From the NCBI GenBank assembly GCA_012295275.1, contig CM022674.1:8804001-8868000 (forward strand): 64,000 nt of DNA, written 5' to 3'. How positions within the stretch are numbered: the stretch's first letter is position 1; every line of letters starts with the position of its first letter. The stretch comes from Chrysomallon squamiferum (taxonomy: Eukaryota > Animalia > Mollusca). A model generated the notes under the pieces. That model was given only the letters and a program-made list of their open reading frames with translations, was not told the origin of the DNA and did not search any database. Below are positions 40,225-53,300 of this stretch, piece by piece. Both the position numbers and the translations under genes were made by a program.

Positions 40225-40458
40225 CCAATGGCAGGATGGAATATGTACGTGGTACTGCCAGGCCCTGTGATGATGGGTACTATCGTGATCCGTGGGTACT
40301 GCCAGACATTCGTTACTGGCCCTTTTTTCCACCCCCTGACAGAGACGTTTCAGAAAAAACTGACTACAGAGATGCATGTCATAAGAAATCTGTCACCTGG
40401 CAGGATGATACAGTTAGCAAGTTAAAGGGAAACAACTCCTCCTATCATAATACTTACA
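40225..40458 (+). CDS. Probable coding exon of the LIM-domain gene (N-terminal extension)
   Basis: Acceptor gtttcag| at 40224 (alternative at 40139), donor aca|gtaagt at 40459. 234 nt, phase 1-1, open frame NGRMEYVRGTARPCDDGYYRDPWVLPDIRYWPFFPPPDRD...KKSVTWQDD...YHNTY. GC- and CpG-richer than its flanks and joins in frame to the exon at 44062. Confidence 0.65.
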
Positions 40459-40579
40459 GTAAGTCAGTTGTCATTCTTTGTCTGATTTAAATAGTTAACA
40501 TTTTTTTTAAAATTAATGTTTGTCCAGTGAATGCATTGTAATTATATAATAATATAATAAATAAAGAGAATAATAATAA

Positions 40580-40674
40580 AAACAATAACAATAACAATAA
40601 TAATAATAGTAATATAGTAATAGTAATAGTAATAGTAATAGTAATAGTAATAATAATAATAATAATAATAATAG
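40580..40674. repeat. Compound (AACAAT)/(AGTAAT)/(AAT) microsatellite
   Basis: Directly visible. Confidence 0.85.
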
Positions 40675-42278
40675 TGAATAATCTAGGTAACCGTTAAACA
40701 CATGTAATTACCATTGTTATTTAAAAAAAATTGTTTTCCATATTAAGTGATAACAAGTGAATATAAGAATTAACTTAATCTGATTTATCAAAAAATTAAA
40801 TAAAGCATTTTGTAAAAATCTATTCTCTTTCTTATTTAATATTTTTTTAAATTCAGTGTGATATTTTTCCTTTGTGATTTATAAAATCAGTAAATGTATA
40901 TAGTTTAGACATTTTGATTTCTAATCTCTAGCCTTAATAGATACGGTGGTCAGAATATGAATAAAAATGTTACTGTCAAAAAAGTAATTCTCGAAAAGAA
41001 ATTATAAAGAATATGTATTTATTTATTTATTATCCAATCTTGAAATATTTACAAATACAGCAGATAGTAAGGATAAATTAATAAACATGAATATTAAATT
41101 GTAATAAATGAAATTATAAATATTAATTAGATAATTAAATAACAAATACATATGACTATGAAACATAGCTAACTTATTAAAATATGCATTAATCTGTGTA
41201 GGTGTATAGCATTAATAACAAAATAATATATTAATAAAGTAAATCTGTAAATAAGATTTTCTTGTGTCTGAAATAACATGTTTAAATTTAGTCAACATTA
41301 CAGTGAGAGAAATAGCAAATAAAGATACAAGAAAAGAAGATAAAATAATCATAAACATACAAATTTTAATATAAATATAAATCTGAGAGATATAAATACA
41401 CTGTTATGACAAATATTTATGTAAAGACAGCACATTAGATAACAACGTGAGAAAGATAAAAATATGATACTGAGAGATATGAGTGACGCAGACAACTTGA
41501 CATGCTTTCCTGATGATCAGATGTAAGTAGGAAACACTGAATAACACTAGCTTCTCTAGTTTTGTACACTTCTCTCAGTTTCCTGCTTAGTGATGTCAAA
41601 ATTGTTTTTCAACACTTTTCCTTCTTGATACAGACATTAATAATGGCTAAATCCAATAATGCAGGTTTGTGTTATTTAATTATCTCCTCATTTGTTTTGT
41701 TTTAAATTAACATTCTCATTTAAATCATTTGAAATTTGATGCAACATCTTGAAAGTTTTGAGAAAATAGGCTATCAGTGTGCAAAGGAAATTCTACACTG
41801 CACTGTCTTAGTCATTTAATACAAGGATGCTTCTCAGTTTTACAATGTTAAATATATGTAACAGTTAAATTAAAGAAAAACAAAAAAGTATTACTAATTT
41901 AATGTTTACTTCAAACAAATCAAACATTTTAGTTTAGTTATTTACAGTGCCAATGTCTTTTCTACATAGTGTTTAAATAACTGAGGTTGACAGAAGTATT
42001 ATAAAAATTACACTTTTGTATAGGAAACTGATAACAAATATCAAAACAGTTTTAAAAAATGTGATGTTAATATGCTGCTTAGCTTGGAATCATATTTAAA
42101 AATAGCACCAAACTGACAGAGACCCCTGTTGGTGATATAACAGTTTAAATATGATGACTTAACTCTATCATATTGTATTCATACCTTCACTATGATAAAT
42201 CCACACTTGGTAGGTGATACACAAACTCAACGGCATGGCAACACACAGGTAAACTGATACATGTACACACCCACCCAC

Positions 42279-42391
42279 AAACACACTTCAACTCTCTCTC
42301 ACTCACACACACACACACACACACTTCAACTCACACACACACACACACACACACACACTTCAACTCACACACACACACAAACACACTTCAA

Positions 42392-42440
<49 letters not shown>

Positions 42441-42477
42441 CAATTCACACACACACACACACACACTTCAACTCTCT

Positions 42478-42509
<32 letters not shown>

Positions 42510-42525
42510 TCAACTCACACACAAT
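42279..42525. repeat. Compound repeat: (CA)n tracts punctuated by CTTCAACT(CT)
   Basis: About 7 units of CTTCAA(C/T)T followed by variable-length (CA)n. Confidence 0.9.
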
Positions 42526-43084
42526 CACAAATTAGAAAATGCCTTAATAATCAACAGAAACCAAAAGTTAGTTAATAACATTTATTTCCTTATTTCAAAA
42601 TAGCAGTTGATGAATAATCAGGAAGCCAAGATGAATGAATTAATCACCCTAACTTCAGTACATGTTCTGTGGGGGGAAATTTCAACACTGTATGTCATAG
42701 GTCAATAACAGGTTACATTCACCTCTGCTCTGATGCAGTTTTAATATTACTAATTATGAAACAAGGCAATGATGTATGTAGCTAGTCACGAGTTGTAGGT
42801 TTGGTTTCCTATTTTAACTACTATTTTGTACTGAGTAGCCCAGGATAGCAGATCTGTATATAAAGAAAATGTTTTGGTAACATTTGAGGATAAGTAAAGA
42901 AGTAAATGAAGCCTGCTACTGCTGGAAATGATTTTTAAAATGTATGGATACTCAGTCTTTCTCAGACACATAACACAGAAAAGAGTTCCAGGTAAATGTT
43001 GTTTTCACAAGTAAAATGTTTTTATAAAACAATTTATAAAGAAAATGTGATGGTCATTCTGTATGTTGAAAATACATATAGTGA

Positions 43085-43705
43085 GTCTAGTTATTTAGTA
43101 TTCAGTGTGTTGTAATGTTAACTGTTCTGAATACTAAATGACTAGACAAACTAAGCAATTATCACAACACTTTACATTTCAATACATTCAATAGTAAGTA
43201 ACTGTCACTACATTTTACATTTCAACACATTCAATAGTAAGTAACTGTCACTACATTTTACATATCAACACATTCAATAGTAAGTAACTCACTACATTTT
43301 ACATTTCAACACATTCAATAGTAAGTAACTGTCACTACATTTTACATTTCAACACATTCAATACTAAGTAACTGACTACATTTTACATTTCAACACATTC
43401 AGTACTAAGTAACTGTCTCTACATTTTACATTTCAACACATTTAATAGTAACTATCTGTCACTACATTTTACATTTCAACAACTTAGTACTAGTAAAAAG
43501 TAACTGTCACTACATTTAACTATAATAGTTAACTATCTGTCACTACAGTTTACATTTCAGTTTACTGAAATGTCATCTGTAGTAATAGTTAATCAGTATT
43601 GAATGTACCAAAATATCAACTGTAGCGACAGTTACTTAGTAATAAATGTATTGACATGTAAACTGTAGTGACAGTTAATCTGTACTAACTGTGTTGAAAT
43701 GTCAT
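43085..43705. repeat. 43 bp satellite with inverted units (foldback structure)
   Basis: Unit ACATTTTACATTTCAACACATTCAATAGTAAGTAACTGTCACT. About 9 forward copies at 43165-43560, about 3 diverged reverse copies at 43564-43705, and one inverted unit at 43088-43125. Confidence 0.85.
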
Positions 43706-44061
43706 CTATTATAATTCAGAGAATATTCAACAGGGTAAAATATTGACTACTGTGACAATTACATAGCTTTTCAATGAGATGAAAGTTATTATTTTCATTA
43801 TAGTTTTTCAAATACCATCTGAACTGTCTATTTGATTATGTACATAAATAATTAAATTGGTAAGAGCAGGATGTAATGCCTGAGGAATCCATTTAACATG
43901 TTAACATTGTTATCCTAATAAACAATAATATTTGAATGTGTTTCATGAATGTTATTTTAACACACTGTTTCATTCTGTTTACAGGTTAAGGTAAACTGTT
44001 ATAGTTTAAAAAAAATTAATATCAGTTATTTCAAAAAATGTATACTTTTGTGTTTCTTCAG

Positions 44062-44380
44062 ACAATGGTTTGGATGCACAGATTGACATGCGCAGTGGTT
44101 CGCCTCGGCCGCCCCGGCAGAGACCACTGACCTGTCCACCAAACCAGGAGCCCAGCATGACGCGCATGAACCCTTGTACCTCCAGTCCAAAGACTCGCAA
44201 AAGCTTTTCACCATCGCTTCTTCGAAAAACCCTCTCTCCTCGATCCATACGACGCAAAAAACTGGATCAGAGACAGTGGACACTGGATGACCGCTGCAAT
44301 GGATGTGGATTTCCCATGGATGATGAAAGAGTTTCTGTTAAAGGAGATTTATACCATCTGACTTGTTTTAAATGTTCAAG
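44062..44380 (+). CDS. Coding exon with the first half of a LIM domain (LIM-domain protein, family unresolved)
   Basis: Acceptor ttcttcag| at 44061, donor aag|gtaaga at 44381. Encodes an S/P/R-rich segment and then CNGCGFPMDDERVSVKGDLYHLTCFKCS(R), i.e. C-x2-C-x16-H-x2-C-x2-C, the LIM pattern up to ligand 5. Confidence 0.88.
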
Positions 44381-45195
44381 GTAAGACTGAATTATATACC
44401 ATTTTAATTTTGTTTATGTTGTTGTTGCTATGTATTCATAAATATATATATATATATATATACACACACAGACATTAATAATAATCATGTTGATAATGAT
44501 GACAATGATTGAAATAATAATCCTGGGAAAGTAATGGTTGTTATTTTTTATACATTCACAGTTGTTATTTTTTATAGTTTTGCATAATCTTCAAGAAGAA
44601 AAACATTTATTAGCATAATTTAAAAATAAGTTTAAGACTACTACTACTACTACTATTACTATTGTTAATATTATTATTAGTAGTAGTAATAATAATAATA
44701 ATAATTAATTTATTTATGTAATTATGTTTATTTGATATTAATTTATAAACTATAAAGAAATAACTGGACATTTTACATAAGATCAAGATGCCAGTTGTAA
44801 GCTGAGTAACATGATCTAGTCAGATCATCTGTTTGTTGTTTTATTGTGTATCACAGTAACTGGTTAGACAAACACTGACTGTCAATATCAACACAATACA
44901 GTAAATATCTTTATATTATCTTGCTCAGTGTCTGGTGGGTCAGTTTATTTTTAAATCAGAATTAACATTAAAGAAAAAGAATAGTAGAAAAAGCTAATGT
45001 AATCTGTTTATATCTTTTTAATTAACTGAACTATAACATTGAATATAATGTTTAACCATTAACCTGATCTGTCTGCTTTGTATTAAAAGCTTCAAGTGAC
45101 ATTTGATATTTCCTAAGGTAGACATAAAATGGATTAAGAACATACCAGATGTCCATCCACGTGTATGTATTTATATTCACACATAGACAAAGACA

Positions 45196-45229
<34 letters not shown>

Positions 45230-46584
45230 AAAAAATACACTAATAATAGTAACAAAGAAAACGAATTTTTTAAAAAAATTAGTGAACCACACTTTTTTTT
45301 CCCTTTTAAAAATTAAACATGGTCAGAAATACATTTTCCTTATTAGAGTTGTCTTAAGAGTGATTAAATAACAGCTTGATGGATAGATGGACTGCTGTAT
45401 TAATGAATGAATGTGTTAATACTGTCTGAAGAATGTATTATTATTATTATTATTATTCATCTAATGTGAAATAAAATTGTAACTTTTATTATACACTGGA
45501 GTAAGCAAGCCAAAAAAAAAAAAAAATAAATAAATAGAGAAATCAATAATTCAAAAAAAAAAAAAAAAAACTAAAACTGTAACAATTTAATATTAATATT
45601 TTTATTATTGATTAAATTATCAGTACAAAACTAAACTACCCTCATACAACTAAAACAACATTATAGCAGCAAGAAACTTTGCTAATTGTCTTAAACATTT
45701 ATTTGCTCAATATTTAAAGCCCAGTCAAGTATAGAGCAGTGAAAGCATACTTGAAAATAATAAGTTCATTTGTCCTGACAAAAGGAAGAAAACACTATTT
45801 TAAAAAAATGATGAGTTATTTAAGAAACCAGGTTTTTCATATTTTAAAGTCTGACAAAAACTTTCTGATTTTTCATTATTCTTGTATAGGGTCTTCAAGT
45901 GCTTACCGGAAATCCTGTAAAATGCTTTTTCCAGGACTTTCCACAATGATGTCATAATGACTGTTTGTTGTGGAGATATTTTAACAATGTAACATGAATC
46001 CATGTCAGAACCTTCCTGGATGACATCATAGATGATGTTTCATTTAAAAAGATATTTTTGTTAAAACAATGTGTAACTTTGTTACATTCTTTGGACTGGT
46101 GCCAAACTCTTCAATTCACAAAAAATCTGAGTAGATTTTGGTTTAGTCAAACAAGGAAGAACTTACAAATGATTCTTTGTTGAAGGGTTCATTTTAAAAT
46201 TACTTTAAATAAAAAAATAAATTTAAGAGAAAACAAGTAGAAAAATATAACAATAAAAAAAATGGAAAAGAAAATCAGACTAAAAGTCCATAAAGAGTGA
46301 AATGATTTGATTTAATTTTATTATATAAATAACAAATAATTACAAATATTTTGGTTTTTAAAAGAAAAAGGTAGAAAACGTTTGTGTGTGTGTGTATGTG
46401 TTTGTGTGTGGGTGTGTGTTAAATTATAGTGAATTTTTGTCATTCATTATTACTTAATTAGAGAAGCTTTTTTAAAAAATAAACAAAAACAAACCAGAGA
46501 TTTAAATAAAAAAACAACAACAAATAAGCCAAAACAGCAATTCTCACACATGAATAACTGAAATGGTAAATTTAGAACAGTATC

Positions 46585-47250
46585 AGTATAAAAGGGAGCG
46601 TACAGGTGTATTGCAAATCTCGTTCAACTCATAAAGTGCAGAAACTACTTTTCATTTGACTGTTGATTTTTCTTGTTTGTTTACTTCTTTCAAAGACCCG
46701 CCCATTCAAAAGTCATATTATTCTTTGAAATCAGTGATATTTGTTAGCAAATATTAACACCAAAATCAATAGGAGTAAAAATAGCAGAAGTGTGCTGTCT
46801 GCTTGATGTCACTGTGTACAAGCTAAACAGCAGATGGTATTTAACATTTAAATGAGTTTTGACAACTGTATTTGTTGCTATTTGTTATTGGTGTAAGAGG
46901 TTTTGGTGTGTCTGTGTTGTGGCAATGCTAATACCCATCATGTAGACCAAGTGATGTTGACATCAACAACGACACATGTTTGCTAAATTAAATTAAATTA
47001 ACTATGACCTTGTGGTGTTGTTTACCAAATGTGGTGGTGCCATTTCCTGAAAACACTAAAAATAAAACATTTCCCAGACTTTGTAAACACCTTTTCATTC
47101 ATTGACAAATCAGAGACTTTACTTTTGGTCTGGCATAATGCCATTGTAACATCTGATATTCTACTGTAGCCATCACCACATCATTGCATTTGACATCTGA
47201 ATCTCATCCTGTAATGATCATATGTAATCAAACTGGATCAGCTCCTTTTT
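46585..47250 (-). mobile_element. Possible highly decayed mariner transposase relic
   Basis: The minus strand gives ordered fragments ADPV*LHMIITG(DE), QSLGNVLFLVF, PQGH..VN, a YSPDL-like patch and LNGRVFE, resembling mariner motifs, with stops and frameshifts. Confidence 0.35.
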
Positions 47251-50148
47251 GACTGATTTCTGTATGACATACTGAAACTGAAAGGAAAAGAAGTTAAATG
47301 TTTATAGTGATGCAAACAGTGAAAATGAGGAAAAGATCTTACTCTCTGTTTGACAAACGGTCATCACCTGTTCTGGACTCTGTGATGTCTTACACAAGAA
47401 AACCAAAACTAAGGTGGGTTGAAAACTGTACAAACTGCTGGTGAGAAGATAACATCCTGTGATAAAGTTGTATCAGAGATAACTAGCAGAAAATTAGTTA
47501 AAACCAACTGAAATTTAGATGTCAGGTTTTATTTTTTATTAAGATAGATTTAAAATATAACAATTAGTTGTGTATATTAAAAAAACCCACAAAAAACAAA
47601 AAAACAAAACAAACTTGTTATACTTTGATGGGTATGGACGTTTTCTGTAAAATAGATTTTATTTTAATATCATGTTTTAGTATGAAGAGTTTAAAGCTTA
47701 CAGCTTAACATATTAATTATTGGCAGATATATTTTAATCCAAATACTGATGTATTGAGATATAATAATATTCTAAAATTTGGCTAAGTAATGTGGTGTGT
47801 TTGTTTGTTTATTTACATTAGTTACAACAGTTATTTTTGTGTCATAGCTAAATGTAATTGTTGTTAACATAAAGGGTGCACAGCTAACTTGATCATTCTA
47901 CTAGTGCTTTTTATTGCTCAGCACCACAAGATTGATTAATTTTCTGTCTTCATTTGTTGCTTTCTGACATTTATTATTTATACAGTTTTCACAGGAAAGT
48001 AAATTAAACATTGTGAAAAGGTATTTTATTATCATTCTTTTTCCATTATCAGCATAAGAATAAGACTTACATGACATGTTTTGACAAATCACAATGCATT
48101 TTGACAGTTTCCTGGTATGAAACCAGATATGAAAATATATTTATAAGCCTGAGTCACTAGCTAATAATTAAAACATTTTATTTGCTTCTTGTTGAGTTCA
48201 TTGTCAAATAAAACTATAAAAGGATATTAACATATTAATTAACACATTTATTGATTGACAATTTAATGATTTCTTTTTCCTGTTTCAAGTACAGATGGAT
48301 AAAACAACATATTTTACTACACATGTATTATTAACTCAGTATGTACACAGGAGCAGATGTTCAACCAGGCAACATGCCTTTGGGCAGTAACACTGTGAAA
48401 TATCTGTATTTGCTACTTGACATTAAACTCAGTAATTAACAGTTTCACTAGCAGTGACATCTTCCTGGTGTACAGATTTACTATAAGTCTTGGAAAAGGA
48501 TGAACCAGTAGATTGTTTCAAATCTTAGATGGAGATTTATTTTTCGTTTTGAAATATATTTATATCACAGAAGTTTAAATAGAAGCTGTTAACTGTGAAT
48601 CATCTTGATTCTGGAAGATTATGGTATGTTCATATGGCATTTGTATTTCAATATGTGTGTCTGTGTGAGTGTGTATGTGAATGTATGTTTGTGTATGTAT
48701 TTGTGAGTGTTGTCTGTGTGTGTAGTTATTGTATAATACCTGATTTCAGAATGTATCTGTTTCTACAACTTATTTACATTATAATCAAATATACTGAACC
48801 AGTTGTTGTTTCTGAATATTTGAAGTTATTTTACTGAACTGATATGTTTGGCTATTTAATATCAGTTTACAGCTATAATTTACAAATATTTAAAATACAA
48901 AACTGTTTCTGTGACTGTCCTTTTGTCATCTTTATGAGAACACTGATATAATTGGATTGTTAGATGGGAGGGATGGGAAAATCAGTGTAAAGGAGTGTGG
49001 GGGATTTAAAAAGTACAGAACTGTATGGGAATAATTAATAGAACAATTAATTCTGCACCATGGATAAATTCCTATTTTTTATTATTATTATTAATTATTA
49101 TTATTATTATTTATTTTATTTTTGGAGGGTTTTTTTTTTGTTTGTGTTTGTTTTTTTTTTTTCTTTGAAATTTGAAACCTTTTTGGGTTTTATATACAGA
49201 GTTACATTTATAAAACAGAAGAAAAACATGGGTGGCACCCAGTGTGACCGCACCAGTGAGAATTGATCTCATGATCTTGTACACCTCTGGTTACAATCCA
49301 CACCTTTTTGTATATAAAGATTATACATTGACCTCAATCTGATACTGCTGAACTGAACTGATACCTGCAATGGTTACCTGTTGTTTATAACTCTGACAAC
49401 ATCAGAGTGTGGACTTTGTTTATTTTTAAAACTGTTCAAATACTCAGGTGTGCAGATCTGGAGTACAGTAACATCTGACCTCTGACCTCCTTACACTATT
49501 AAATCACTTACATAAAAGAAATTAATGGAAAGTTTAATTTGGTTGAATAAGTTTAGTAATAAAATGTCACATAACTCCCAAGGTAGAGTTTCTTTTCTAG
49601 CTTTGCTGTCTACTCATGTCAGTTAGTTTTATTGTTTATACAGTATTTTATGGTGCAGGTGAGTTTTATATGGTTTTAAATAATTATACATTTTTATTAT
49701 AAATAATTTGTTATGCTGATATTTCTTTTCTTTTCTTTTTTATTTAAAAAAATAAAATATATCTTGATTACATACTCATTTTTTATTATTTGTAAACTTG
49801 ATGACTATCAGTGTTTTTTTTAATATTCATGAGTGTAAAACTGTTGATTTGTTTCTACAGCAAAACAAAGTCATAATAAAAATTAAATATTTTTATTAAC
49901 ATAATAAAAAGGTAATATTCACTACTGTAATAAACAGATAATATTTGTAGTAACTTGATAAAACAGGTAATGTTTTCAATAACAATAAAATAATATTTTC
50001 AAAAACAATAAAATATAAAATTTTACTGACACAATAAAATAGGCAATATTTTCTATATGGAAATAAAATAAAATATATAATTTCATTAACATATCAAAGC
50101 AGGTAATGTTTTTAATAAACATTATAAATGGATTGTGCTTTGAAGATG

Positions 50149-50312
50149 GTTTAAGATAATCTGTGTTTAAGAAAAGATGTGTTTAAGATAATCTGTGTTA
50201 AGGAAAAGATGTGTTTAAGATAATCTGTGTTTAAGAAAAGATGTGTTTAAGATAATCTGTGTTAAGGAAAAGATGTGTTTGAGATAATCTGCGTTAAGGA
50301 AAAGATATGTTT
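50149..50312. repeat. 32 bp minisatellite (dimer of 16 bp subunits), about 5 copies
   Basis: Unit GTTTAAGATAATCTGT-GTT(T/A)AG(A/G)AAAGATGT; GATAATCTG recurs at 50155, 50187, 50219, 50251, 50283. Confidence 0.92.
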
Positions 50313-53300
50313 GTTAAAGATAGTCAGTGGTTGACTGACCACATTAGTACAGTTCACACAGGTAAAACAAACAGGTAAGTGAAAGACAAACATGATGAGC
50401 CATCCTCTGTCTTCCTCCACGCCAGCCATTCATCTGTGAGTCCGTGAACAGTGGAAACTTCACATTTCACACCTCAATCAGACTAACCAGTTTAAAAAAT
50501 AATCATCTTATTTTCTCTTTGTTCACGGTTTTCATACTTACCAGCCAAATTTAGTAAATAACGTTTTACATTAGAAACTCATGTAACACAGAAGTGAAGA
50601 AGTTTGCAACATGGAAAATGTTGATAGATAATATTTTGTACCAGCGTTCCTCTTCATTCACACTTGCTGGAGGTAACTTGTGAACATGGAAAGTTTTATT
50701 TACAACTTGTAGTTAATCAGCTTAGTAAGTTTTGTGATGGAATGTGAGAGAATCGCTGTTTGAGTACAACAGTCACTGTTAAACTGTTCTGTGTATTTTC
50801 ACATAGTGTGACAAAACTATTTCACTGGATCAGTTTTATTCCCAACTTCGTTTTTATTGAACATTTTATTGAAGTGTGCTGTTATAATAATGAAAATCAT
50901 TGCCAGTCTTGGAAATAAGTAGAGGTGATAAGTATGTGATTTTATTTAAAGACTTCATGAATTTATTGTTGAAACAGAAAATGAGAAAAAAGTGGATCAT
51001 TATGTAAATTTGGGTTATAGATTTAGAAAGAGAAAACTGAAATACTGTGAGTTAAAACAGTAAGATGTGAACTGAGTTGAAATTCTTTTGAAAATAAAAT
51101 AAAGTTTAATAGGTGTCTTGACAGCTGTTTGCAGGATTATAAGTTTCTTTAATTATTAAATTTGTATTATTTTTGCTTTTTTATTTCATTTTTATTTAAC
51201 TGATTTTTATAAAAGAAATTATAAAGAAATAATAGATGTCATTAATGAATTCAAAGTTATATTTAATTGTACAGCCACAAGAGATCTTATCAACTAAATA
51301 GTTTAAATATTTTTAAACAGTTTTTAAATGTCAGCCTAATTTTCTTTTTATATTTATTTACAAAGCTATTAAAGCAAATTAAAGTGAATCTGAAACACAT
51401 GTTGACATTTTTACTCCACTATTTCAAATTATTTAAATTTTCCATATCAAAAGCAATCAAAATGTCACTGTCAAATTTAAAGTGAATTTTAAAAATTTTA
51501 AATTATTTATTTAGAGGTCATCACAGTGAAACTGATAATAATAATAAAAAAATGTGAGATCCTGTTTTTAAAGACAGCATTAATTGCAGCACGGACAGTT
51601 GACATGTTACGATGCACCTCAAAAACCAGAAGAATAAAACATTTGAAATTTCTAACAGTGCCTGGAATATATATCATTGAACAGTAAATAGAACTATTTT
51701 AAATTCACAGAAAAAAAAGCAAATGATTGTATGTCCGTGTCATGTTTGTAACACATTTTGTGTTTTTAACTTGATCAACTCTGCAGAAATTAATAAGAAT
51801 TATCTGGCAGATCAGAGAAACATACTAATTATACTGCCAAAGTAAAAATATAATGGTACATTAAGCGACAGTTATATTTAACTGAATGAACTCTGTAGAA
51901 TTATTTGTTGAGATTAGTGAAAGGTTAACTGTGGTGTCTGTGTTAAGTGGATGGTGTTTATCCTGCAGGTGCAAAGGAGGACATGTATCACTTATATAAC
52001 AGCTGGCAGCTTTAATCAAACAAGATGAATGACATGTCACTCAACACGTTGTAACCTCAACTAACTAGTTTTCCACACACAGCTCATGTTGTAGTATTTA
52101 CTACATAATAATTACAGACGTGCTGATGATGTGAAACCAGGGAAAGTTTTCACCTGTTCATGATGATGACACAGAGGTAATTTTAATATCCACCTTGAGG
52201 AAATGAAACTGATAATCGTTGCTGTTTACAGCTGATGTGTTCTTTGTGACAGTTATGGTCTTTTAAAAAAACCCAGTACAAATGTGTGGGTTTTGGTTTT
52301 TTTTTATATATCTACATTACATAGAATGACATTGCAGTTTTACTAACTTTATTTATGCAGTTTGTTTTGTAAGGTGAAACAACAACCGCATGGAAACCAG
52401 AATGTTAACATTGTTTTCTTTGATGTCAGTGACAGGCATTTTCTAGTGACTGCTTGCTTAAATCTTCTGATACAGTAGTTGATCTATAATTAAAAAACTT
52501 TAGAATTATAGTAAAACAAAAGCCATTGTTTGAACTGTAACTAATATATTCGAATTAAAAAAACTATACTGAACTATTACAGCAATTGTTGAAGTAAACA
52601 AAAATATTTGAATTTTACTGGACATTTGAATTAAGTTTTATTAATAACACAATTTCATTCTCTTAAAATATCTGGACTAGATTAAAGTTACCAGGTCTGT
52701 GCTGAAAATATTTTAATTAAAATGTATTTATGAAGAGGAACTGAAACTGTTAGTGAAATCTTGATGAAAGATAAACAGAATAGATATCAAAAGGATGAAT
52801 TCTGTGAAATACTCAGTTTGAAACAAATGTGATAAGTATGTTAGAAATGATGCTGAATGCCTTTATTAAAGTACCAAGGTAAGTGATGTGATTGAAAACA
52901 TTTGGTTTAGATTTAAATATATTATTATTGTTATTATCTTTACCTGTCTTTAGTATTCTAATATTGTTACTCTAAACTGTAGTAATACTACTTCAAATCC
53001 CAAATATTTTTGATGGTGAATAATCTTTCAGTAATTTTTAATTTCAGTTATTATATAAACTTAACTTTTAGTTCATATTTTTTTCAATAATTGCTATTGT
53101 TTTCATTATTTACTATAATTTTTATATGTCACATATAAAATACTTTCTAAATTATTGATAACATCAAACTAAGAATATGATTATTTCTAAATGAATGAAA
53201 TCATGCACACTGCCAGAACAAAAAGTCTGGAAAGACTGGGTGTATGACGTGAGGGTTGAATTAGTTTGATGAAGTTTTAATCTGTTCTGCTTAAGATACT

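Noticed and set aside
42261-42575. His/Thr-rich 104 aa ORF
   Set aside because: Translation of a (CA)n compound repeat.
51969-51999. Possible LIM continuation exon (cag|G TGC AAA GGA...)
   Set aside because: Supplies the expected Cys but stops after about 9 codons, without ligands 7 and 8.
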